From Rhodospirillaceae bacterium (lineage in GTDB: Bacteria > Pseudomonadota > Alphaproteobacteria > JAEULC01): a stretch of DNA of 57,971 nt. The translations under genes and the position numbers were made by a program. The notes under the pieces are model-generated. The model had not been told where the DNA came from. It ran no database searches and saw only the letters and a program-made list of their open reading frames with translations. Where the stretch lies: the NCBI GenBank assembly GCA_023266845.1, contig JAHFPH010000004.1:1-57971 (forward strand). The letters run 5' to 3'. Position 1 is the first letter of the stretch; each line of letters starts with the position of its first letter. Of the stretch, positions 18,178-26,984 are shown piece by piece.

Positions 18178-19437
18178 CTAGTGTAGCCAGGGGAAGGGCC
18201 CGGCGCCCTTTTCATCGATCGTGCGGCCCTGGCGGAACCGCTCGATGGTCATGGCGGCGTTCAATTCGTGCGGCGCGTCCTTGGCGATGGTGTGGGCGAA
18301 GCACCAGCCCGAGCCTGGCGTGGCCTTGAACCCGCCATAGCACCAGCCGCCGTTGAGATAGAGGCCTTCGACCGGCGTTTTGCAGATCAAGGGCGAGCCG
18401 TCGAAGGTCATGTCCATCACGCCGGCCCATTGCCGCAGCACGCGCACGCGCGACAGCGCCGGAATCAGCGCCACGCCTTCGGTCCATACGTGCTCGACGG
18501 TCGGCAGATTGCCGCGCCGTGCGTAGGAGTTGTAGCCGTCGAGCCCGCCGCCGAAGACGAGGCCCCCTTTGTCGGACTGGCTCATATAGAAGTGGCCGGC
18601 GCCGAACGTGACCACGCCGTCGATCAGCGGCTTCAACCCTTCGCTGACGAAGGCCTGCAGGATGTGGCTTTCGACCGGCAGACGCAGGCCCGCCATCGAA
18701 GCGACATGCGAGGTGTGGCCCGCCACGGCGATGCCGATTTTCTTGGCGGCGATATAGCCGCGCGTGGTCTCCACGCCCACCACCCAGCCCCGGGTCATGC
18801 GGATGCTCGTGACCTCGCAATTCTGGATGATGTCGACGCCGTATTTGTCGGCGCCGCGCGCGAATCCCCAGGCTACCGCGTCGTGCCGCGCCGTGCCGCC
18901 GCGCTTCTGCAACAGGCCGCCATAGATCGGGAACCGCGCGTTGTCGAAATCGAGGATCGGCACCAGGCGCCGAACCTGCTCGCGGTCCAGCAGCTCAGCA
19001 TCGATACCGTTGAGCCGCATCGAATTGCCGCGCCGCGCGTACTGGTCGCGCTGGCTGTCGGAATGGAACAGGTTCAGCACGCCGCGCTGGCTCATCATCA
19101 CGTTGAAGTTCAGGTCCTGCTCCAGCCCTTCCCACAACTGCAGCGACTTCTCGTAGAAGCGGTTGTTCTGGGGATAAAGGTAGTTTGAACGCACGATCGT
19201 GGTATTGCGGCCCGTGTTGCCAAGGCCGATCGCACCGCGCTCCAGCACCGCGACATTGGCGATGCCGTGCTCCTTGGCCAAGTAATAGGCGGAGGCGAGC
19301 CCGTGCCCGCCGCCGCCGATAATGACGACGTCGTAGGCGGGCTTTGGCGCCGGATCGCGCCATGCGCGACCCCAGCCACGATGGCCGCCCAGGCCCTCGG
19401 CCAGAAGCCGGAAGGCGGAATATCTGCCGCTAGCCAA
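18178..19437 (-). CDS. soxB: Sarcosine oxidase beta subunit
   Basis: GGGGHGLASAYYLAK, GNTGRNTTIVRSNY, GTARHDAVAWG, HILQAFVSE, GWCYGGFKATPGSG; TTG start. Confidence 0.95.
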   Translation of the reverse strand: MASGRYSAFRLLAEGLGGHRGWGRAWRDPAPKPAYDVVIIGGGGHGLASAYYLAKEHGIANVAVLERGAIGLGNTGRNTTIVRSNYLYPQNNRFYEKSLQLWEGLEQDLNFNVMMSQRGVLNLFHSDSQRDQYARRGNSMRLNGIDAELLDREQVRRLVPILDFDNARFPIYGGLLQKRGGTARHDAVAWGFARGADKYGVDIIQNCEVTSIRMTRGWVVGVETTRGYIAAKKIGIAVAGHTSHVASMAGLRLPVESHILQAFVSEGLKPLIDGVVTFGAGHFYMSQSDKGGLVFGGGLDGYNSYARRGNLPTVEHVWTEGVALIPALSRVRVLRQWAGVMDMTFDGSPLICKTPVEGLYLNGGWCYGGFKATPGSGWCFAHTIAKDAPHELNAAMTIERFRQGRTIDEKGAGPFPWLH

Positions 19438-19550
19438 GTGAGAATGCCCCGCGCGGTTCCGATCTCAAGCGCCGGACAGTAGAGCAAGCCCGGGCGGCGC
19501 GGCAAGACAGAGGGCGGCAATGCATGGCCGGTTTGCGCTATCATCGGCGC

Positions 19551-19931
19551 ATGGCGCGCGCGCGATTGATGATCCGGGTGGCGTTCGGCGCACATGGGGC
19601 GCTGGGGCCCGGCAAGGCGCGTCTGCTGGAGCTGGTGGACCGGCACGGCTCGATCACCGCGGCGGCCCGCGCGATGGGCATTTCTTACCGCCGCGCCTGG
19701 CTGTTGATCGAGGGGCTGCGCCAGGCCTTCCGCGCGCCGCTGATCGAAACCCAGCACGGCGGCAAGCGCGGCGGCGGCGCGGGGCTGACGGCGCTGGGAC
19801 GCGACGTGCTGCGCCTTTATCGCATGATCGAGAAAACCGCGCGCAAGGCCGTCGGCCGGCAATTGCACGGCCTGGAAAGGAACCTGGCCCCTTCGGTCGC
19901 GGCCAAGGCCAAGCGCGCGCCGATCGACTAA
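19551..19931 (+). CDS. modE: ModE-family winged-helix regulator, N-terminal domain only (no TOBE/molbindin domain)
   Basis: LGPGKARLLE, GSITAAARAMGISYRRAWLL, GGKRGGGAGLT. TATCAT lies 6 nt before ATG 19551, so the transcript may be leaderless. Confidence 0.82.
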   Translation: MARARLMIRVAFGAHGALGPGKARLLELVDRHGSITAAARAMGISYRRAWLLIEGLRQAFRAPLIETQHGGKRGGGAGLTALGRDVLRLYRMIEKTARKAVGRQLHGLERNLAPSVAAKAKRAPID

Positions 19932-19935
19932 GACT

Positions 19936-21054
19936 TTATTCGTCGTCCGCGGGCGGCATCAGGTGGATCGCCTCGCTGAGCAGCGACGCGGTCACGGAAA
20001 CGCCCAGCGCCAGGCCGTTGCGCTGCGCCACATGCAGCGGCACGGTCAGAAACAGCAGCAGCGAAGACTCCCAGGTAAGCCGCACACCGAGGCTTACGGC
20101 ATCGCCCAGCCGCACATATTCGGCGACGGCTCCCGGCACGGGATTCTCGGCCTCCCCGCGCGACGGCCGGTCGCGCCGGTGGAGCACGACGCGCGCCGAC
20201 GGAATGCTCCAGGCGACAGATTGGCCTGCCGCGAAATCGGGCCGATGCGCCGCTTCCAGCGTTAACGGTCCCCATTCGATTAGCGTTGCGTTCGTCTCGG
20301 GTCGGTGCGCCTTGACCCGCGCGGTGAAGATGTTGCGCAGATCGACCAGCCGCGCGACTTCGACGCTCGCGGGCCGGGCCATAACGTCGTGCGGCGGGCC
20401 GCTTTGCAGCGTGCGGCCCTGGCGCAGGATGGTCATGCGGTCGGCGAGCCGCGCCGCCTCGTCCAGATCGTGGGTGACCAGCATGATCGGCACGCGGACT
20501 TCGCCGCGCAGTTCCGCCAGCTCGCGGTAAAGCCGCTGGCGGGTCGAGCGGTCGACGGCCGAGAATGGCTCGTCCAGCAGCAGCACCTTCGGATTGCGCG
20601 CCAGCGCGCGGGCCACGGCCACGCGCTGCTGCTGGCCGCCGGAAAGCTCGGCTGGCCTGCGCGCCTCCAACCCCGCGAGGTGCACGCGCGCGAGCCAGCC
20701 GTGCGCGGCCTCTGCACGCTGATCCTTCGGCAAATGGCCGAGCGACGCCATGACGTTGCCCATGGCCGTCATATGCGGGAACAACGCATAGCTCTGGAAC
20801 ACCAACCCGACCGCGCGCTGGTGCGTTGGCAGGTCGAGCGTTTTTTCCGTGTCCAGCCAGGTCTCGCCGCCGCATTCCACAAGGCCTTCGCGCGGCCGAT
20901 AGATGCCGGCAATGGCGCGCAGGACGGTCGATTTGCCGCTGCCCGATGGGCCGACCAGCGCCAGAACCTCGCCCGGCGCGCAGGCGATCTCGGCGTCCAG
21001 AGGTATCGGCGCTTTTTGCCGAAGACGCACCCGCAATTCAGGCGAACTATCCAT
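19936..21054 (-). CDS. modC: Molybdate ABC transporter ATP-binding protein
   Basis: [30 protein letters not shown]-terminal TOBE-like region; follows modB; start trimmed to ATG 21054. Confidence 0.85.
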   Translation of the reverse strand: MDSSPELRVRLRQKAPIPLDAEIACAPGEVLALVGPSGSGKSTVLRAIAGIYRPREGLVECGGETWLDTEKTLDLPTHQRAVGLVFQSYALFPHMTAMGNVMASLGHLPKDQRAEAAHGWLARVHLAGLEARRPAELSGGQQQRVAVARALARNPKVLLLDEPFSAVDRSTRQRLYRELAELRGEVRVPIMLVTHDLDEAARLADRMTILRQGRTLQSGPPHDVMARPASVEVARLVDLRNIFTARVKAHRPETNATLIEWGPLTLEAAHRPDFAAGQSVAWSIPSARVVLHRRDRPSRGEAENPVPGAVAEYVRLGDAVSLGVRLTWESSLLLFLTVPLHVAQRNGLALGVSVTASLLSEAIHLMPPADDE

Positions 21055-21715
21055 GCCGCCGCCCGACGCGGCTGGACAGCATATAGGTGACGCCCAGCGC
21101 CAGCAGCGATAGCACCAGCAGCAGCGCGGCCATGATGCCCGCGCCGGAATTGTCGAAGGCCTGCACCCGGTCGTAGATGGCGATGGCAATGGTGCGCGTT
21201 TCGCCCGGAATGCTGCCGCCGACCATCAGCACCACGCCGAACTCGCCCAGCGTGTGCGCGAAGGTCAGCACCAGCCCGGTGACGATGCCGGGCCAGGCCA
21301 AAGGCAGGTCGATGCGCAGCAGCACCTGCCAGGGCCTGAGCCCGCAGCACGCCCCGGCATGGCGCAGCTCGTCGGGGATCGCCTCGAACGCCCGTTGCAT
21401 GGGCTGCACCGCGAAGGGCAAGTTGACGATCACCGAGGCGACCAGCAGGCCGGAAAAACTGAACACCAGCGTTTGGCCGAAGATCGCGTGGAACGCCTGG
21501 CCCAGCGGCGAGGCGCCGCCGAACGCGACCAGGAAGTAATAGCCCAGCACCGTGGGCGGCAGCACCAGGGGCAGGGTCAACATCGCCTCGACAAAACCGC
21601 GCCCGGGAATTTTCGACCAGGCCAGCGCGCGGCCTAGAAAAATGCCGATCGGCAATAGGATCAGCACCGTCAGCGCGCCCAGGCGCAGCGATAGCGTAAG
21701 CGCCGGCCAATCCAT
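21047..21715 (-). CDS. modB: Molybdate ABC transporter permease
   Basis: LPLVLPPTVLGYY, FAHTLGEFGVVLMVGGSIPGETRT. Confidence 0.93.
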   Translation of the reverse strand: MDWPALTLSLRLGALTVLILLPIGIFLGRALAWSKIPGRGFVEAMLTLPLVLPPTVLGYYFLVAFGGASPLGQAFHAIFGQTLVFSFSGLLVASVIVNLPFAVQPMQRAFEAIPDELRHAGACCGLRPWQVLLRIDLPLAWPGIVTGLVLTFAHTLGEFGVVLMVGGSIPGETRTIAIAIYDRVQAFDNSGAGIMAALLLVLSLLALGVTYMLSSRVGRRHG

Positions 21716-21717
21716 CC

Positions 21718-22506
21718 TTAGAGACCCTCGCCGGGAAGGATGAATCCGAAGCGCCGGAACACGGCGCGCGCCTCAGGCGTTTGCACATAGGCGTAGAAGG
21801 CCTGGGCCGTGGCGCCCGCCCCTTTCAGCAGCGCCATGCGCTGGCGCAGGGGCTGATGCAAGGAGTCCGGCAGCAGCGCGTACTCGCCCAGTCCTCCGAC
21901 GCTGGGCGACAGGACCAGCGAATAGGCGAAAATGCCGCCCTCGGCCGAGCCGGTGGCCGCGAACTGCGCGGCCTGGGACACGTTCTCGCCCAGCACCAGC
22001 TTCGGCTTCAGCGCGTCCCATAAGCCCAGCGCGCGCAAGGCCTGCTCGGCGGCGCGGCCATAGGGCGCGTGCTCGGGATTGGCGATGGCGAAACGCCTGA
22101 TCCGCCCATCGGCGATGGCCGCGCTGAGATCGACCAGCTTTTCATCGACCCTCAACGGCGATCCCTTGGGCGCGAACAGCACGATGCGACCCACAGCGTA
22201 TAGCGTCCCGCGATCCAAGGCCCTGCCCTGGTCTGCGAGCCTGGCGATGAGCTCCTCGTCCGCCGACAGAAACATCTGGAACGGCGCGCCCTGGGCGATC
22301 TGCGCCGCGAAATTACCGGACGAGCCGAACACCAGCTTTACCGCGCGTCCCTGTTCGGCGCGGAACTTGCCGGCGATTTCCTCGAGCGCGAATTTCAGGT
22401 CGGATGCGGCGGCGACCGCCGGCGCGTCCTCGGCGCGCACGGCGCAAGCGGACAGCAGCGCCATAGCCGCGCCCAGGATGGCCCACGCGAATCGCGTTCG
22501 GTTCAT
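21718..22506 (-). CDS. modA: Molybdate ABC transporter substrate-binding protein
   Basis: Signal peptide, VAAASDL, FGSSG, GAPFQMFLSAD, AIANPEHAPYG, GENVSQA. Confidence 0.93.
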   Translation of the reverse strand: MNRTRFAWAILGAAMALLSACAVRAEDAPAVAAASDLKFALEEIAGKFRAEQGRAVKLVFGSSGNFAAQIAQGAPFQMFLSADEELIARLADQGRALDRGTLYAVGRIVLFAPKGSPLRVDEKLVDLSAAIADGRIRRFAIANPEHAPYGRAAEQALRALGLWDALKPKLVLGENVSQAAQFAATGSAEGGIFAYSLVLSPSVGGLGEYALLPDSLHQPLRQRMALLKGAGATAQAFYAYVQTPEARAVFRRFGFILPGEGL

Positions 22507-22529
22507 GGCCGCCTCTCCCACCGGTCAAG

Positions 22530-22553
22530 CGATATATCCTATCAGATACCTCG
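22530..22553. promoter_or_regulatory. Putative ModE operator upstream of modA
   Basis: CGATATAT-N8-ATACCTCG resembles the CGnTATAT-N8-AyATAnCG ModE box; about 24 nt upstream of the modA start. Confidence 0.6.
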
Positions 22554-22594
22554 CCCGGGCTGGAAGAAGGGCGCGGCCGATAGCGGAGCCGAAC

Positions 22595-22996
22595 TCAGGC
22601 GAAGGAGTTGACGGCCGGACCCTGCAGCAACAGGCCGGCGCGGACCGCGTTGCGGAAGCGGCCTGGCGTCTGGCGGAGGATGCGCTTGAAGTGGCGGCTG
22701 AAATGCGTCTGATCGACGAAGCCAAGATCGGCCGCGACGCCGGCGATCGGCACGCCCGCGGCCAGCAGTTCGGCCGCGCGGCGCACGCGCAGGCGGATCA
22801 GCATGGCATGCGGCGTGACACCAAGCTCCTTGCGGAATGCGCGGATCAACTGGAACGGCGTGCGCCCGGTCAGCGCCGCCAGATCGCCAAGCGTGACAGG
22901 CGTCGCGTAGTTCGCGGCGATATGCGTCAACGCCCGGCGCACCGGCGGCGACAGCGCCGCGATTAGCGCCAGCCGAGGCGTTTCCGCATCCCGCAT
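22595..22996 (-). CDS. Stand-alone AraC/XylS-family HTH protein (no sensor domain)
   Basis: VTLGDLAALTG...LIRAFRKELGVTP...LGFVDQTHFSRHFKRILRQTPGRFR; GGAGG RBS before ATG 22996. Confidence 0.8.
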   Translation of the reverse strand: MRDAETPRLALIAALSPPVRRALTHIAANYATPVTLGDLAALTGRTPFQLIRAFRKELGVTPHAMLIRLRVRRAAELLAAGVPIAGVAADLGFVDQTHFSRHFKRILRQTPGRFRNAVRAGLLLQGPAVNSFA

Positions 22997-23060
22997 TGTT
23001 CCTCCACGCATGCCAGCTTACGGGCCTGGGTATTCGTTTTTTGTTTAGCTGGCGCCGCGG

Positions 23061-23106
23061 TGCGTTGTTTTACAACGCAGTTTTTATCATGCTTGCTTGA
23101 TAAAAA
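23061..23106. promoter_or_regulatory. Two adjacent AT-rich perfect inverted repeats (operators or RNA hairpins)
   Basis: TGCGTTGT-ttt-ACAACGCA (23061-23079) and TTTTTATCA-N8-TGATAAAAA (23081-23106). Confidence 0.5.
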
Positions 23107-23138
23107 ATCACGTTAAATCGCGGTCTGAACCGTAGGCC

Positions 23139-23903
23139 TCAGGCCCGGCGGTGTAGCCGGTGATCGATCACCAGCATCGCCGCGTTGGCCATGAGCGCGA
23201 ACATCACCAGCAGGAACGTCAGCGACATGATGATGTCCATATGGTGCAGGCCGATCGCCTGCATCAGCATGAAGCCGATGCCGCGCCGCGATCCGAACAT
23301 CTCGCTGAGCAGCGTTCCGATCAGCGTCAGCGAAAAGCCGACGCGCAGGCCCGTGAACACTTCCGGCAGCGTGGCGGGCAGCAGCACGGTGCGCAGCAGG
23401 TCGTAAGGTCTGATGCGCATCGTCCGCGCGGCCTTGATATAGACCGGCTTGATGTTGCGCACCCCGTTCATGGTGAACAGCGTGATCGGGATTACGCCGT
23501 GCAACGCGCCGAACGCGACCTCGGCGCCGATGCCGATGCCGAAGAATAAAAGGATGATCGGATAAAGTGTGACCTTGGGAATCGAATAGACCGCCACCAG
23601 CACCGGCTCGGCCACCTCGCCCGACAGGCGATGATAGCCCAGCACCGCGCCGGCGAGCACGCCCATCGACGCGGCCAACACATAGGCGATGGCGAAGGCG
23701 CCGAGCGTCGCCTCGAAATGCGGCCACAGCTCGCCCGAGGCGATGCTGCGCGCGGTGAAGACGAGCGTGCCTAAGGGACTGGTCATCGCGACCTCGCCGC
23801 CCACGACGTGCGCGAGCTGCCAGACGGCGAGCACAAGGCCGGCGAAGACGGCGAAATCGAACGCCCGCGCGCCCAGCCCGGCCTGCGGCAGGGCGGTTTT
23901 CAT
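23139..23903 (-). CDS. NitT/TauT/SsuC-family ABC permease
   Basis: YSIPKVTLYPIILLFFG, EAA-like loop IKAARTM, IGTLLSEMFGS; ATG 23903 overlaps the upstream stop. Confidence 0.88.
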   Translation of the reverse strand: MKTALPQAGLGARAFDFAVFAGLVLAVWQLAHVVGGEVAMTSPLGTLVFTARSIASGELWPHFEATLGAFAIAYVLAASMGVLAGAVLGYHRLSGEVAEPVLVAVYSIPKVTLYPIILLFFGIGIGAEVAFGALHGVIPITLFTMNGVRNIKPVYIKAARTMRIRPYDLLRTVLLPATLPEVFTGLRVGFSLTLIGTLLSEMFGSRRGIGFMLMQAIGLHHMDIIMSLTFLLVMFALMANAAMLVIDHRLHRRA

Positions 23904-24652
23904 TGATAGCCCCGCCGTGCCATCAGCATCTTTTCCCAGGCATGCAGCGACATGTTCACGATCATCACCAAGCCCAGAATGAACAGGATCAGCGCGTACA
24001 TCGTGCGATTGTCGAAATTGTGATAGGCGAAGCCGATCTGGTAGCCCAATCCGCCGCTCGACAGGATGAACTCGCTGCCCACCACGCCGATGAACGAATA
24101 GGCGACCGCGAGCTTGACGCCGGTGAAGAGATAGGGCGCCGCTGCGGGCAGCACGACGCGGAATCCCGTCGCCGCGCGCCCCATGCGGAACACGCGCGCG
24201 GTTTTCAGCAGCACCGGCGCCACGCGGTCCAGCCCGTTCAGCGTGTTGATGGTCATCGCCGCCACGGCGTAGAGAAAGCCGATGATGATCTTCGGTATGT
24301 CGTTCAATCCGAACAGCACGATGAACATCGGATAGAACACGAATACCGGCACCGAGTAATAGGCCGAGAGCAGCGGATCGATCGTGCGGCGCACCCGCGG
24401 GATGGCGTGCACGACGGCGCCCGCGACGAAACCGACGACGATCGCCGCGGTAAGCGCGGCGCAAACCGCCAAAAGCGTGCGCGTCATGTCGGTCTGCAGC
24501 TTGCCCGCGTAGAGCAGCCGCCACAGGCTCGACGCCATTTCCGACGGCGGGATCATGGTGAAACGGGCGATCGCGCCGGTCTGGCACAGCGTTTCGACCA
24601 GGCCGACCGCCCCCATCAGCACGGCGACGCGAAGCTTGGTGGCAAGCTTCAT
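23900..24652 (-). CDS. NitT/TauT/SsuC-family ABC permease
   Basis: YYSVPVFVFYPMFIVLFG, LKTARVF, FIGVVGSEFILSSGGLG; start trimmed to ATG 24652. Confidence 0.88.
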   Translation of the reverse strand: MKLATKLRVAVLMGAVGLVETLCQTGAIARFTMIPPSEMASSLWRLLYAGKLQTDMTRTLLAVCAALTAAIVVGFVAGAVVHAIPRVRRTIDPLLSAYYSVPVFVFYPMFIVLFGLNDIPKIIIGFLYAVAAMTINTLNGLDRVAPVLLKTARVFRMGRAATGFRVVLPAAAPYLFTGVKLAVAYSFIGVVGSEFILSSGGLGYQIGFAYHNFDNRTMYALILFILGLVMIVNMSLHAWEKMLMARRGYQ

Positions 24653-25509
24653 GGCCGTGCCGCCCCGGTCTGGTATTGCATAGCCTTCAGCGATTCGGCG
24701 CGCAGCAGCGACCACAGGCGGCCGGTGACGCGCCCGAAATCCGGGCTGGCGACAATGGTGCTGTCGCGCCCGCGCGGCCATCCGGTCTCGACGATTTCGA
24801 GGAACCGCCCGGGCCTGGCCGACATCACCCCCACGCGGTCCGACAGCATCGCCGCCTCGTCCAGCGCGTGGGTGATGAGAAGGATCGTGGCACCGGTCTT
24901 GCGCCACAGGTTCAAGAGCTCGTCGCCCATCAACAGGCGCGTCTGCTGGTCCAGCGCGCCGAACGGCTCGTCCAGCAGGATCAACCTGGGCTGCAGCACC
25001 AGGGTGCGGGCGATGCACACGCGCTGGCGCATTCCGCCCGAGAGCTGCGCCGGATAGGCGCGCGCAAAATCGTTGAGGCCCATCAGCGCCAGGGCTTGGG
25101 CCACGCGGCGATTGGTTTCGGCCGCGTCCATACCCTGGCGGTTCAGGCCGAAGGCGATATTGTCCTCGACCGTCAGCCACGGGAAGCTGGCGTCGTCCTG
25201 GAACACCACCCCCACGCTTTCCGGGACCACCCCGCGCACCGGCTTGCCCTCGATCGAAACCGTGCCGGCGCTGGCTTGCGACAACCCCGCGATCACGTCC
25301 AGCAGCGTGGATTTGCCGCAGCCCGACGGCCCGACCACGGCGAAGAACTCGCCCGCGCTGAGATCGAGGTCGATGGGGCCGAGAGCCTCAAGCGGCTCTT
25401 GCCCGGCGCGCTGATAGACGCGCGTGACGCCTTTCAAGGCGACATGCGCGTCGCTCATGTGGGGCTCATGGGCCGTCTCGCGCGGCGAACGCGGGACGGC
25501 CGATTGCAT
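24649..25509 (-). CDS. NitT/TauT-family ABC ATP-binding protein
   Basis: GPSGCGKS, VFQDDASFPWLTV, LSGGMRQR, LDEPFGALDQQTR; alternative start 25458. Confidence 0.9.
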   Translation of the reverse strand: MQSAVPRSPRETAHEPHMSDAHVALKGVTRVYQRAGQEPLEALGPIDLDLSAGEFFAVVGPSGCGKSTLLDVIAGLSQASAGTVSIEGKPVRGVVPESVGVVFQDDASFPWLTVEDNIAFGLNRQGMDAAETNRRVAQALALMGLNDFARAYPAQLSGGMRQRVCIARTLVLQPRLILLDEPFGALDQQTRLLMGDELLNLWRKTGATILLITHALDEAAMLSDRVGVMSARPGRFLEIVETGWPRGRDSTIVASPDFGRVTGRLWSLLRAESLKAMQYQTGAARP

Positions 25510-25513
25510 TCGT

Positions 25514-26512
25514 TCATAACTTCGTGCGCAGGTCCTGCGGCAGGAAGGATTGATCGATCATCTTGCTCCAATCCACTTTGCTGGCGTCGTTGCCGAGCAG
25601 CTTCTGCGCGGCAATCAGGTTGTCCAGCGTCTCGACATAGATGTTGCCGAGGCCCCAATGCGCGATGTTCAGCTTGGTCGCCTTCTTCATCATCTGCTTG
25701 ATGACTTCCTCGGCGACGGCGGGCTCGACCTTGTAGTCCGTGGCGATCAGCTCGGCCGCGCCGCGCGGATCGGCGGCCATGAACTCCACCGCCTTGCGCC
25801 GTGCGGCGAGCATGCCTTTCAGGAAGTCGGGCTTCGCCTTGGCGGTGCGCTCGGTCGTGATCGCAAGCGTATCGACCAGCGCCGGCAGAACGTCGGTCGA
25901 CCAGACCAGCAGGCGGTACTTGCCCTTGGACGCGGCGTAAAGCGGCTCGGCGAACGGCGCGCAATCGAGTTCCCCGTGCTCCAGCGCCGCCAGCCCCGGC
26001 CCAAAGCCGCCGGTCGAGATCGTGGTCGCTTCGGTGGGCTTGAGCCCCGCGGCCTCGAGCAGCATCAGCGCCAGCGCGTGGGTGGTGGAGTTGGGATTGG
26101 TGAAGCCCAGCTTGCGGCCCTTCAGGTCCTGGATGGTCTTGATCGGCGATTCCTTTTTCACCACCCAGCCGATCTCGGCCGTGGTGTTGGTGGTGCCGGC
26201 GATGATCTTGATATCGGCGCCACCGCGTACCGCGGCTACGATCGCGGTCAATCCGGCTTCGGCAAAGGGCAGATCGCCGGCCAGAAGGTTGCGGATGGTC
26301 GGCGCACCGCCGGGCGAGCTGCGGATGCCCGTGATGTCGATGCCGGCCTCCTTGAAGAATCCCTTCTTCAAGGCCACACCGTAAGGCATGCCGTTGGTGC
26401 CCACGCCGTAGTTCGAGATTTCGATGTCCACGGCCCGGGCCGTCGGCACGCCCAAGGCAATCATGGCAAGGCCCGTAAGACCGGCGCGCAAGGCGCGACG
26501 ATGCGTGTGCAT
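25514..26512 (-). CDS. NMT1/SsuA/TauA-like ABC substrate-binding protein
   Basis: Signal peptide, KGFFKEAGID, SPIKTIQDLKGRKLGFTNPNSTT; GGGAGG RBS before ATG 26512. Confidence 0.85.
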   Translation of the reverse strand: MHTHRRALRAGLTGLAMIALGVPTARAVDIEISNYGVGTNGMPYGVALKKGFFKEAGIDITGIRSSPGGAPTIRNLLAGDLPFAEAGLTAIVAAVRGGADIKIIAGTTNTTAEIGWVVKKESPIKTIQDLKGRKLGFTNPNSTTHALALMLLEAAGLKPTEATTISTGGFGPGLAALEHGELDCAPFAEPLYAASKGKYRLLVWSTDVLPALVDTLAITTERTAKAKPDFLKGMLAARRKAVEFMAADPRGAAELIATDYKVEPAVAEEVIKQMMKKATKLNIAHWGLGNIYVETLDNLIAAQKLLGNDASKVDWSKMIDQSFLPQDLRTKL

Positions 26513-26673
26513 TGTTTCCTCCCGCTTGTTTCGTTTTTGGGCGCCAACCCGTCCGTATGATGCCATTCCGGGCGCGGGCCGCTAGTAGCAAATTGCGCGG
26601 GGCGGCGGCAGCAATTTTCATCTATAGCGCGTTGATTTCCAGGGCCTAAATCACGGGAACGAACGGAGGAACG

Positions 26674-26905
26674 GTGACGGTCAAGCGGGCCACTCTGCGC
26701 GCGGCCCTGTCGGCGCGCGGCAATCCCGATACCATAGATCGTCGGCCGCACCGATACCTATGGCGTGCTGGGACTGAACGCGGCGCTGAAGCAGGCGATC
26801 GCCGAGATGCGCAAAGGCGCGCTGGTGGTGGACGTGCATGTCGCGCCGGAATACGCCCGCGCCACCTCGTCCGCCCTGATGCGGCAGGCACCGGGCCAAA
26901 TCTGA
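26674..26905 (+). pseudogene. Chimeric gene remnant: ICL/PEP-mutase-like fragment fused to a TPP-enzyme-like C-terminus
   Basis: GGAGGA RBS + GTG; VTVKRATLRAALSARGNPDT, frameshift, then IVGRTDTYGVLGL-NAALKQAIAEMRKGALVVDVHVAPEYARATSSALMRQAPGQI*. Confidence 0.45.
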
Positions 26906-26984
26906 CGCGCATCCAAGCAAGAACCGGAATGCGGCGGCTTTGACCGACGCCTAGGGTGCCCCTTCACCACATGAAGGGTCAGCC

